A DNA stretch of 54,873 nucleotides from an uncultured Bifidobacteriaceae bacterium (GCA_964400405.1 CAYNUO010000007.1:1-54873), one strand, 5' to 3'. Positions 7,682 through 15,791 are shown, numbered from the stretch's first letter. The notes: generated by a model not told the origin, from the sequence alone. Numbers and translations are program-made.

Positions 7682-9310
7682 ATGCCGGATGAAACGCTGA
7701 CCACGCCGCTCGTACAGCCCGTCGAGGACCACGCCGCGGAGGTGGCTCGTGCCCGGACCCTGGCCGACCGGTACCGGGTGGGCTTCGTCGACATGGACAC
7801 GTTCCGGATCGACCAGGAGCTCTTCCGGAGCATCCCGGCCGACCTGATGCTGCGCTACGGCTTCGTCCCGCTCCGGCGCGACGGGAAGTCGCTCGTCATC
7901 GTGGTCTCGGACCCGACCGACCTGCCGATGATCGACGAGCTGGGCACCGTGCTCGGGACGGCGGTGACGGTGACGGTCGGCGCCCCGTCGGCGATCCAGT
8001 CGATCCTGAAGAAGAGCGAGAGCTCGCAGCGCGTCCTCGAGGAGGCGACGGAGGGCTTTCAGCTCCAGGTCCTGAAGGAAGACGAGAACGGGGAGGAGCA
8101 CCTCACCGTCGACAAGCTGACGAGCGACGTCAGCCCGGTCATCCGGCTCGTCGACTCCACGATCTACACGGCCATCCAGAGGCGGGCGAGCGACATCCAC
8201 ATCGAGACGGGCGACGACTCGGTGCACGTGAAGTACCGCATCGACGGCGTGCTGCAGCCCGCGATGCGGCCCATCGCGAAGCAGTTTCACAGCCCGATCA
8301 TCTCGCGCATCAAGGTCATGGCCGAGCTGGACATCGCCGAGAAGCGCATCCCGCAGGACGGCCGCTTCAAGGTGCGGACGCCCGGCAAGACGATCGACTT
8401 CCGCGTGTCGATCATGCCGAGCGTCCACGGCGAGGATGCCGTCATCCGCATTCTGGACAAGGAGTCGATCAGCGAGCAGTTCACCGAGCTGACGCTCGAC
8501 ATCCTGGGCTTTCCCGAACAGGAGCTCCGCCGCTTCCGGAAGTACATCCGCGAGCCGTACGGCATGGTGCTCGTCACCGGCCCGACGGGCAGCGGCAAGA
8601 CGACGACGCTCTACGCGGGCCTGTCGGAGATCAAGTCCGTCGAGGACAAGATCATCACCATCGAGGACCCGGTCGAGTATCAGCTCAAGGGCATCACGCA
8701 GATCCCGATCAACGAGAAGAAGGGGCTGACGTTCGCGCGCGGTCTGCGCTCGATTCTGCGGCACGACCCCGACAAGATCATGGTCGGTGAGATCCGCGAC
8801 CCCGAGACCGCGCAGATCGCGATTCAGTCCGCGCTGACCGGCCACCTCGTCTTCACGACGGTCCATGCGAACAACGTGGTCGACGTCCTCGGTCGTTTCC
8901 TGAACATGGGCGTCGAGCCGTATCAGTTCGTATCCGCGCTGAACTGCGTGATGGCGCAGCGGCTCGTGCGCCTGACGTGCAGCCACTGCCGCCGTGTCGC
9001 GAAGGTGTCGCCGGAACTGCTGATCGAGTCGGGTCTGGACCCGTCCCTTGCCGTGACGCACACGTTCTACGAGGGCGCCGGCTGCATCGACTGCGGGGGC
9101 ACGGGTTTCAAGGGCCGCACCGCCATCTGCGAGCTGCTGAATCTCTCCGATCCCATCCGTGAGATGATCCTCGAGCGGCGTCCCAACTCCGAGATCAAGC
9201 GAGCCGCGCACGACGAGGGCATGCGGTTCCTCCGTGAGTCGGCGATTGAGAAGGTCATGCTTGGCATGACGACGCTGCGCGAGATCAACAAGGTCACCTT
9301 CGTCGAGTGA
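7682..9310 (+). CDS. Type IV filament assembly ATPase (GspE/PilB family)
   Basis: T2SSE N-terminal domain, Walker A GPTGSGKTTT, Asp/His boxes, and a tetracysteine motif CSHCRR...CIDCGGTG. Confidence 0.95.
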   Translation: MPDETLTTPLVQPVEDHAAEVARARTLADRYRVGFVDMDTFRIDQELFRSIPADLMLRYGFVPLRRDGKSLVIVVSDPTDLPMIDELGTVLGTAVTVTVGAPSAIQSILKKSESSQRVLEEATEGFQLQVLKEDENGEEHLTVDKLTSDVSPVIRLVDSTIYTAIQRRASDIHIETGDDSVHVKYRIDGVLQPAMRPIAKQFHSPIISRIKVMAELDIAEKRIPQDGRFKVRTPGKTIDFRVSIMPSVHGEDAVIRILDKESISEQFTELTLDILGFPEQELRRFRKYIREPYGMVLVTGPTGSGKTTTLYAGLSEIKSVEDKIITIEDPVEYQLKGITQIPINEKKGLTFARGLRSILRHDPDKIMVGEIRDPETAQIAIQSALTGHLVFTTVHANNVVDVLGRFLNMGVEPYQFVSALNCVMAQRLVRLTCSHCRRVAKVSPELLIESGLDPSLAVTHTFYEGAGCIDCGGTGFKGRTAICELLNLSDPIREMILERRPNSEIKRAAHDEGMRFLRESAIEKVMLGMTTLREINKVTFVE

Positions 9311-9317
9311 GCCTGCC

Positions 9318-10268
9318 ATGAGCCCCGACTGGTTCGCTCCACCCTCTCCGGACGCCACGATCGAGATCGCCGCGGCCCGTGTCTCGGCGCTGATGCTCGA
9401 CGTCCGCGGGGGCCGGCCGGTCGTGACCGCCGTGGCGGCCGAGGCTCTCCGGCCGGGCGTCGTGACGCCGGGCTTCGTCGCGCAGAACGTGCATGACGCC
9501 GGCGCGCTCGCCGAGGCCGTCCGGCTCGTGGCGGGCCGGCTTGGCGGCCGTGTGAGGCGGGTGGCGCTGGTCCTGCCTGACGCTGTCGCGCGCGTCTCGC
9601 TGGTCCGGCTCGAGCAGGTGCCCCCGCGCCGCGAGGACCTCGCGCAGCTCATCCAGTGGCAGGTCAAGAAGGGCGTGCCGTTCCCGGCCGATGAGGCGCG
9701 CGTCAGCTTCGTTCCGGCGTCGGCGGGGACCGCCGGGTTCGAGTTCCTGGCCACGGTCGTCCGCGCGGGCGTCGTCGCCGAATACGAGCGCGCCTGCACG
9801 CAGGCCGGACTTCAGGCGGGCATCGTTGATACGGCGTCGACGTCGGCAATCAACCTGCGCCTCGCAGGTGGCTCGCCGTCGGGAGACTGGCTCCTTGTCC
9901 ACGTAAGGGAAGACAGCTGCGCCGTGGCGGTGCTGCGGGACGACCGCGTGCTGTTCTTCCGGTCGCGGTCGGAGGACGACCGCCTCGGCGTCGGCGACTT
10001 CGTGCACCAGGCGGTGATGTATTACCAGGACCGCCTGGAGGGGAAGGGGTTCCGGGCGGCGTATCTGGCCGGCGGGGGCGGGGGCGAGGAGACCACCGAC
10101 GCCGTCCGGCGCGAGGTGGAGGAGCGGCTCGGCACGGCGGTGTCGTGGCTGGAGCCGGAGGCGTTCGTGAGCGTGCCGACGAACGCGGGGGCGGCCGGTG
10201 CAACACGGGACGTGCTCACGCCCCTCGCGGGCATGGCGCTGCGTGCGCTGGATCGGGTAGTCGCCTGA
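9318..10268 (+). CDS. pilM: PilM-like actin-fold pilus/secretion assembly protein
   Basis: 316 aa with the PilM-typical N-terminal region (VALVLPDAVARVSLVRLEQVPPRREDLAQLIQWQVKKGVPFP). Sits directly after the ATPase. The stop overlaps the next start (ATGA). Confidence 0.8.
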   Translation: MSPDWFAPPSPDATIEIAAARVSALMLDVRGGRPVVTAVAAEALRPGVVTPGFVAQNVHDAGALAEAVRLVAGRLGGRVRRVALVLPDAVARVSLVRLEQVPPRREDLAQLIQWQVKKGVPFPADEARVSFVPASAGTAGFEFLATVVRAGVVAEYERACTQAGLQAGIVDTASTSAINLRLAGGSPSGDWLLVHVREDSCAVAVLRDDRVLFFRSRSEDDRLGVGDFVHQAVMYYQDRLEGKGFRAAYLAGGGGGEETTDAVRREVEERLGTAVSWLEPEAFVSVPTNAGAAGATRDVLTPLAGMALRALDRVVA

Positions 10269-10837
10269 TGCTGAAGACCAATCTCGCGACGCGCCCGTTT
10301 CAGGACGACCGCATCCTGCGGGCCGTCGGGCTCGCGCTGGCAGTGGTGCTTGTCATCGCCACGGCCTACAACGCCGTTTCCGTCATCCGGCTGTCGTTGG
10401 CCCAGTCCAGACTCGGTGCGCACGCCGCGGAGACGGAGCGCGAGGCCAACCGGCTTCGCAGCGAAGCGGCCGGCGTGCGGACGCGGATCGACCCGAAGGA
10501 AGTGGCCAGCGTGGCCGGCGCGGCGCGCGAGGCGAACGCCCTGATCGACCAGCGGACGTTCTCGTGGACGGACCTGTTCGCCGACCTCGAGCAGACCCTG
10601 CCCGCGGACGTGCGGGTCCGGGCGGTGCAGCCGCGCATCGACAAGGGTGAGTTCCGCGTCGTGATCTCGGCGGTCGCCAAGCGGGTCGAGGATCTGGAAA
10701 CCTTCATCGAGAACCTCGAGCGCACGGGGACGTTTGCCGGGGTCAGCCCGCTCGAGGAAACCAGCGGGGACGAAGGCACGATAGACGCGGTGCTCGAGGG
10801 TGCCTACCGGCCCAGGGCCGTGGAGGCAGGCCGATGA
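10268..10837 (+). CDS. pilN: PilN-like bitopic assembly protein
   Basis: MLKTNLATRPF start typical of PilN, one TM (AVGLALAVVLVIATAYNAV), a coiled coil, then a ferredoxin-like C-terminus. The track ORF 10145.. is an upstream extension into pilM. Confidence 0.7.
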   Translation: MLKTNLATRPFQDDRILRAVGLALAVVLVIATAYNAVSVIRLSLAQSRLGAHAAETEREANRLRSEAAGVRTRIDPKEVASVAGAAREANALIDQRTFSWTDLFADLEQTLPADVRVRAVQPRIDKGEFRVVISAVAKRVEDLETFIENLERTGTFAGVSPLEETSGDEGTIDAVLEGAYRPRAVEAGR

Positions 10838-11403
10838 GCGCGTGGCAGCGCACGCTGGGCGAGTATCGCCGGCTCGCGATCGGCATGGCCGTCATCGCCC
10901 TGGTGAACATCGCGGTGTACGCGTTCGCCGTGCGTCCGCTGGCTTTCCGTGTGGCCACGATCGAGGACCGCGACCGCCAGGCCGAGCAGGCGCTCGTCGC
11001 CGCCCGGGCCGAGGCGCAGGCGGTGAGCGGCGCGCTGACGGGCAAGGAGCGGGCGGTCAAAGAGCTGGCGACGTTCTACCAGACGGTCCTGCCCGCGGAC
11101 CTGGCCGGCGCGCGGCGGGTCACGCACCTGAGGCTCGCACAGCTCGCCCGGGAGTCAGGGCTGGCGTTCGAACGGTTCAGCTTCGATCCGGAGCCGGTGA
11201 AGGACAGCGGCCTGACCCGCGTGAAGGGCGAGATGGTGCTGACCGGCACCTACGGCGAGGTCCGGCGTTTCGTGCACAAGGTCGAGACGTCGAAGGACTT
11301 CGTCGTGCTGGACGACCTCAGCCTTGCCGAAGGTTCGGCCGCTGGCGCCGAACTGGTCGTCACGCTGAAGCTTTCCACGTATTTCCGGACCGCCGCGTCA
11401 TGA
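10834..11403 (+). CDS. pilO: PilO/GspM-like bitopic assembly protein
   Basis: 189 aa with one N-terminal TM (LAIGMAVIALVNIAVYAFAV), a coiled coil and a small C-terminal domain. ATGA overlaps on both sides. Assigned mostly by position and architecture. Confidence 0.6.
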   Translation: MSAWQRTLGEYRRLAIGMAVIALVNIAVYAFAVRPLAFRVATIEDRDRQAEQALVAARAEAQAVSGALTGKERAVKELATFYQTVLPADLAGARRVTHLRLAQLARESGLAFERFSFDPEPVKDSGLTRVKGEMVLTGTYGEVRRFVHKVETSKDFVVLDDLSLAEGSAAGAELVVTLKLSTYFRTAAS

Positions 11404-11957
11404 CGCGGCAGCGCCGGCTTCTGATGATCGCCCTCGTGGCGGTCGCCGTCGGGCTGGCCGCGGTGGCCGCAAGCCGGTGGCTGTTTGCCCCCGCCTCTCC
11501 CGAGGGAACGGCCCGGGCCGCCGCCCGGACACCGGCTGCCGCCGTCCCGGCGATCGCCGTGGAGGATGTCCAGCTCAGCCGGCTTGCCCGGGTGCAGGAT
11601 GCGCCCGCCGACGACGGCCGGGATCCGTTCCGCTACAGGGCGGCCGCCCCGCCGCCGAAAGTACCTGTGGCGCGTCCCCCGGTCAGGCTCGGTCCGCCGG
11701 AGCCGCTGCCACCGCCGCCACCGCCTCCGGTGCCGCCGCCCCCGCCGATACCCCTGAGGTTCATGGGGGTGGTGGAGATGGTGGCCCGCGGAGGACGGGT
11801 CGCGGTACTGAGCGACTCCAAGGGCGGGGTCTTCTATGGAAGGGAAGGCGATATCATCGACGGACGGTACCGGCTTCTCCGTGTCGCCGCCGACCAGGCG
11901 GAACTCGCCTACACCGATGGGCGGGGCCGTCAGTCGTTGAGGTTGTCAGGACAATGA
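11400..11957 (+). CDS. PilP-like protein (TM/signal, poly-Pro linker, small beta domain)
   Basis: MTRQRRLLMIALVAVAVGLAAVAA, then [35 protein letters not shown], then a beta-rich end LRFMGVVEMVARGGRVAVLSDSKGGVFYGREGDIIDGRYRLLRV that resembles PilP/GspC HR domains. The track ORF 10800.. is an extension. Confidence 0.5.
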   Translation: MTRQRRLLMIALVAVAVGLAAVAASRWLFAPASPEGTARAAARTPAAAVPAIAVEDVQLSRLARVQDAPADDGRDPFRYRAAAPPPKVPVARPPVRLGPPEPLPPPPPPPVPPPPPIPLRFMGVVEMVARGGRVAVLSDSKGGVFYGREGDIIDGRYRLLRVAADQAELAYTDGRGRQSLRLSGQ

Positions 11958-14401
11958 ATCGCGGCATGAATCTCTCCCAGCCTGGACGCCTGATCCGCGT
12001 CGCCCGCATTGCCCGAACGGTCGGAGCAGTGTGCCTGGCTGGCGCGCTGCTCGCGGCCTGCGGAGGCGGTGCGCGGTCGTACGGCCACGGAGACAAGGCC
12101 GCGAGAAACGGCGACTGGGACGCCGCCGTCGGCTTCTACCGGCGCGCACTCGAGAGCAGCCCCAACCGCAGTGACTACCGGATCGCGCTCGAGCGGGCCA
12201 TGATCAACGCCGCGAGCGTGCACATGGACCAGGCGCGGGTCTTCGAGGCGCGCACGCAGCTTGACGAAGCGCTCCGCGAGTACCGCCGCGCCAATGAGTT
12301 CAATCCGACGAGCCGCGTCCTCGCGTCCAAGGTGCAGGAACTGGAGCGCCGCGTCCGCGACCAGCTCGAGGCGTCCCAGCCGAAGGCGTCGATCCAGCAG
12401 ATGCGGGAGCGCGCGCGCCAGGAAGGCGTGCCGCCGCTACTGAATCTGACGATGAAGCTGCCGGTCATCCGGTTCGCCAACGCCAGCGTCCGCGACATCC
12501 TGAACTTCGTCGGCAGCTCGACGAGCCTGAACGTGACGTACGACCGCGATTTCCAGGATCGCGCGTACACGGTGCAGCTGGACAACATCACGCTCGAAGA
12601 CGCGCTGAACCAGATCCTGTCGGCGAATCAGTACTTCTACAAGGTGGTCAACGACCACACGATCACGGTCATCCCGGACACGCCCCAGAAGCGGGCGCAG
12701 TACGAAGAGCAGGTCATCCGGACCTTCTACGTCTCTCACGCCGACGCGACGGAGCTGTCGCAGCTGCTGACGACGATGATCCGGCTGCCCAACATGGCCG
12801 TGCAGCCGAGAATCGTGGCGAACAAGTCGGCCAACACGATCACGGTGGGCGCGACGGCGAACGTGGCGGCGATCATCGAGAAGATCATCGAGTCAAACGA
12901 CAACCCGCGCGCCGAGGTCGTCGTCGACGTCCAGATCCTCGAGATCAACCGGAGCCGGGCGAAGCAGTTCGGGCTGGACTTGTCGACCTATGCAATCGGC
13001 GGCGTGTTCTCACCGGAGGCGGACATCAGGAGCACCGGAAACGCGGGGGCCGGCGCCGGCGCCGGGGCCGGGGCGGGAGCCGCGGCGGGCGGTTCCACAT
13101 CGCCTCAGTCCTTTAATCTGAACTCCATCTCCCGCGGCATCAACACCGGCGACTTCTACCTGTCCGTGCCGTCGGCGGTCATGCGGTTCCTCGAGAACGA
13201 TACGGAGACGAAGCTCATCGCCAAGCCGCAGCTCAGGGGCGCGGAAGGGCAGAAGATTACGCTGAACCTCGGCGACGACATCCCGGTGCCGTCGACGGTG
13301 TTCACGCCGTTCGCACAGGGCGGCGCCAACATCAATCCGCTGACGTCCTTCAACTACAAGACGGTCGGTGTCGTGGTTGAGATGACGCCGCGCGTGACGT
13401 TCGAGGACGACATCATCCTGGAGCTGACGGTCGAGAGCAGCTCGCTGGGGCCGAGCATCACGATCGGCGGGCAGGCCCTCCCGTCCTTCGGCACGCGGAA
13501 GGTTCAGACCAAGCTGCGCCTGCGGGATGGCGAATCGAACCTGCTGGCCGGGCTGCTCCGCGAGGATGAGCGGAAGTCACTGAAGGGCTTTCCCGCGGTC
13601 CTGCGGCTGCCGATTCTCAAGCAGCTGTTCTCGAGCAACGACAACGAGGTCAAGCAGACTGACATCGTGATGCTGCTGACGCCGCGCCTCGTGCGGACGC
13701 ACGAGCTGACGCAGCAGGACGTCAGCCCGATCTTCATCGGCACCCAGCAGAACCTCGGCCTTGGCGGGCCTCCGCCGCTCATCGCGCCGGTGGAGGCCGC
13801 GCCGGCCAACCCGCCGGCTCCGGCTACGGCAGCCCCCGTCGCGCCGAGCGGCGTGCCACCCGCTCCGGTGATCCCGCCGGGGAGTTCGACCGTGCCCGGC
13901 ACGACGACGCCGCAGGGCGCGTCCCCGCAGGCGCTGCGGTTGCCGCAGGCTCCGCCGTCAGTGGTGCAGCCACAGGCGGGCGTGCCGGCGACGCAGGTCC
14001 TGCTGACGTCTCCTTCGCCCGAACTGCGAGTGGGTGGGGGGCCGTACACGGTGCCGATCTCGGTCTCGGGCGCCTCGCGACTGTCGGCCCTCACCATCAC
14101 GGTGACGTTCAATCCGGCCGTGATGCGGGTGCGCACGGTGCAGGAGGGCAGCTTCATGCGGCAGGGCGGGAACGCGGCTCAGTTCACCCAGCAGGTGGAC
14201 GGAGCCGCCGGACGCATCGACCTGGCCGTGACCCGGACGCAGGACCAGACTGGGGCATCGGGCGCCGGCCTGGTGGCCGCGGTCCTCTTCGACGTCATCG
14301 GGGCGGGGCAGGCCAACTTCTCGCTGTCAGGGTCGGCAACCGTTCCGGGCGGTGGCGCGGCGGGGCTCCAGTTCACGCCGACGCCGGTCTCGGCGCGCTG
14401 A
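11954..14401 (+). CDS. Secretin (PilQ/GspD family) with N-terminal lipoprotein-TPR module and C-terminal cohesin-like domain
   Basis: Start MNRGMNLSQ...LAGALLAAC (lipobox). TPR-like helices (about 12060-12330), secretin N-domains, a Gly-Ala repeat, and a secretin core ending GFPAVLRLPILKQLFSSNDNEVKQTDIVMLLTPRLV. Then a Pro-rich linker and a ~135-aa beta domain. The track ORF 11477.. is an extension. Confidence 0.9.
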   Translation: MNRGMNLSQPGRLIRVARIARTVGAVCLAGALLAACGGGARSYGHGDKAARNGDWDAAVGFYRRALESSPNRSDYRIALERAMINAASVHMDQARVFEARTQLDEALREYRRANEFNPTSRVLASKVQELERRVRDQLEASQPKASIQQMRERARQEGVPPLLNLTMKLPVIRFANASVRDILNFVGSSTSLNVTYDRDFQDRAYTVQLDNITLEDALNQILSANQYFYKVVNDHTITVIPDTPQKRAQYEEQVIRTFYVSHADATELSQLLTTMIRLPNMAVQPRIVANKSANTITVGATANVAAIIEKIIESNDNPRAEVVVDVQILEINRSRAKQFGLDLSTYAIGGVFSPEADIRSTGNAGAGAGAGAGAGAAAGGSTSPQSFNLNSISRGINTGDFYLSVPSAVMRFLENDTETKLIAKPQLRGAEGQKITLNLGDDIPVPSTVFTPFAQGGANINPLTSFNYKTVGVVVEMTPRVTFEDDIILELTVESSSLGPSITIGGQALPSFGTRKVQTKLRLRDGESNLLAGLLREDERKSLKGFPAVLRLPILKQLFSSNDNEVKQTDIVMLLTPRLVRTHELTQQDVSPIFIGTQQNLGLGGPPPLIAPVEAAPANPPAPATAAPVAPSGVPPAPVIPPGSSTVPGTTTPQGASPQALRLPQAPPSVVQPQAGVPATQVLLTSPSPELRVGGGPYTVPISVSGASRLSALTITVTFNPAVMRVRTVQEGSFMRQGGNAAQFTQQVDGAAGRIDLAVTRTQDQTGASGAGLVAAVLFDVIGAGQANFSLSGSATVPGGGAAGLQFTPTPVSAR

Positions 14402-14414
14402 GGCGGGACGGGCG

Positions 14415-14915
14415 ATGGCCGGCCGCCAGCCGCTCCGGTGTCACCCGCGGGACCTGCTCGCCGGCTTCACCTTCATCGAGGTCATCATCGTGACCACCAT
14501 CGTGATGGTGCTGGCCTCGGCCGTGCTGCCACTGAGCCAGGTCACGGCACGCCGGCAGCGGGAGCAGGATCTGCGGCGGAATCTTCGTGAGATGCGTCTC
14601 GCGATCGACAAGTTCAAGGACGCCGTGGACCTGGGCCGTATCGCGACGACCGAGGTCGAACCGGGCAGCGAGGGTTACCCGAAGAGCCTTGAGGTCCTGG
14701 TCGAGGGCGTCGGCATGGCCAATGACGCGTCCGGCCGCAAGCTGAAGTTCCTCAGGCGGATTCCCATCGACCCGATGACGAACAGCACCGAGTGGGGGCT
14801 GCGCGCCTATTCCGACAAGCCGGACGCCACGACCTGGGGAGGCAAGAGCGTGTTCGACGTCTACACGACCAGCACCGCAACGGCCCTCGACGGCACGAGG
14901 TATCGCGATTGGTAG
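14415..14915 (+). CDS. gspG: GspG-like major pseudopilin (prepilin-type N-terminal methylation site)
   Basis: Leader ...RDLLAG followed by FTFIEVIIVTTIVMVLASAVLP (G/F cleavage site, Glu at +5). GspG-type body YPKSLEVLVEG...LRRIPIDPMT. Confidence 0.85.
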   Translation: MAGRQPLRCHPRDLLAGFTFIEVIIVTTIVMVLASAVLPLSQVTARRQREQDLRRNLREMRLAIDKFKDAVDLGRIATTEVEPGSEGYPKSLEVLVEGVGMANDASGRKLKFLRRIPIDPMTNSTEWGLRAYSDKPDATTWGGKSVFDVYTTSTATALDGTRYRDW

Positions 14916-15319
14916 CCCCGCGCCGCCAGGGACGGCTGGATGCCGGATTCACGCTGATCGAGCTGATGGTCGTGATGGCGATCATCGTGATCCTGGCGGG
15001 GATCGGCGTGGCCAGCTATACGAACAGCATCACGCGCTCAAAAGAGGCCGTGCTGAAGGAAGACCTGTACCGCATGCGCGACGCGCTGGATCAGTTCTTC
15101 GCGGACAAGGGGAAGTACCCCTCGGGTCTTGATGAGCTGGTGCAGGACAAGTACCTGCGCGCGATTCCGGTGGACCCTTTCACGCAGTCGGCGGACAGCT
15201 GGCAGACCGAGATGTCGGAGCCGGACCCGTCGAACCCGTCGGACAGCGTCGGCGTCAACAACGTGAAGAGCGGCGCGGAAGGCACGTCACTCGACGGCAC
15301 GAAGTACGCCGAGTGGTAG
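14909..15319 (+). CDS. gspG: Second GspG-like pseudopilin (paralog)
   Basis: GRLDAG then FTLIELMVVMAIIVILAGIGVASY, then KGKYPSGLDELVQDKYLRAIPVDPFT. Start set at TTG 14909 (11-aa leader). The only upstream alternative is GTG 14792, which would give a 49-aa leader overlapping the previous gene by 124 nt. Confidence 0.82.
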   Translation: MVAPRRQGRLDAGFTLIELMVVMAIIVILAGIGVASYTNSITRSKEAVLKEDLYRMRDALDQFFADKGKYPSGLDELVQDKYLRAIPVDPFTQSADSWQTEMSEPDPSNPSDSVGVNNVKSGAEGTSLDGTKYAEW

Positions 15320-15371
15320 CGTCGGCGTCGACCTCAGCCCACCTCGCACAGCGGTAGACACGTTTTCATCT

Positions 15372-15566
15372 GCGTTCCCAGGTCCGGGTGACCGGTCGCG
15401 GGTGGGCCATGCGCGTGTCGTGCGCTCACTGCGCGCATGTGAACTGCACCTGGCTCCTGCACAGACTGATTCGCGCTCGTCACGCGCATGGCCCACCCAC
15501 GCCCGGCGGTGCCGGACCGCTGCACCCGGACCCCCGAGGTGATTCAGCGGGAGCGTCCGGGGGCAC
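15372..15566 (+). repeat. Structured intergenic repeat element, copy A (second copy at 54604-54793)
   Basis: The core 15394-15506 aligns by hand to 54626-54738 at about 90% identity. An internal 18-bp inverted repeat, gggtgggccatgcgcgtg (15400-15417) with cacgcgcatggcccaccc (15481-15498), encloses 63 nt. Element edges are approximate. Confidence 0.8.
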
Positions 15567-15745
15567 ATGCCAGTGCGGGTGCGACTGTGGAGCATGCCGT
15601 CTTCATGACAAACGCACCGCAGGCGCCGCGTGGGATGTCGCCGGTGGGACCCGTTGGTCAGTCAGGTAACGGGTGGCGACAGGGTTCCCGCCCGGAGGCG
15701 AAAGGTCCGCCGGAGGTGCGCTTGTCCGGCATGCGGAACCCGTCC

Positions 15746-15763
15746 GCCCGTGCCGGCACGGGC
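15746..15763 (-). terminator. Perfect 18-nt GC-rich palindrome about 30 nt downstream of the Big/PKD gene stop (candidate terminator hairpin)
   Basis: gcccgtgccggcacgggc is its own reverse complement. No U-tract follows on the minus strand, so intrinsic-terminator status is uncertain. Confidence 0.35.
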
Positions 15764-15791
15764 CCCTGGGCGCTCCCGGCGGCGGCGCCGC

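Noticed and set aside
6127-7833. Long alternative-frame and antisense ORFs (for example 6127-7833 minus, 7658-9799 minus, 15658-17229 minus, 25169-26242 plus, 36265-37671 plus, 45392-46987 plus, 46812-48719 plus, 51638-53554 minus) that could be read as overlapping genes.
   Set aside because: All lie opposite or out of frame to genes with strong family motifs. Their products are R/A/G/P/H-rich low-complexity strings with no recognisable domains. Stop-codon-poor GC-rich DNA generates such ORFs by chance.
15388-15669. Small Cys/His-rich ORFs repeated at both ends of the window (MRVSCAHCAHVNCTWLLHRLIRARHAHGPP at 15388.. and MRASCAHCAPVKCTGLVYRLIRARRAHGPP at 54641..), which look like a conserved peptide or zinc-ribbon family.
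   Set aside because: The similarity is at the DNA level, within a palindromic intergenic repeat. The opposite strand gives an equally conserved pseudo-peptide. The substitutions preserve base pairing rather than codons, and there is no RBS. Treated as a non-coding element.
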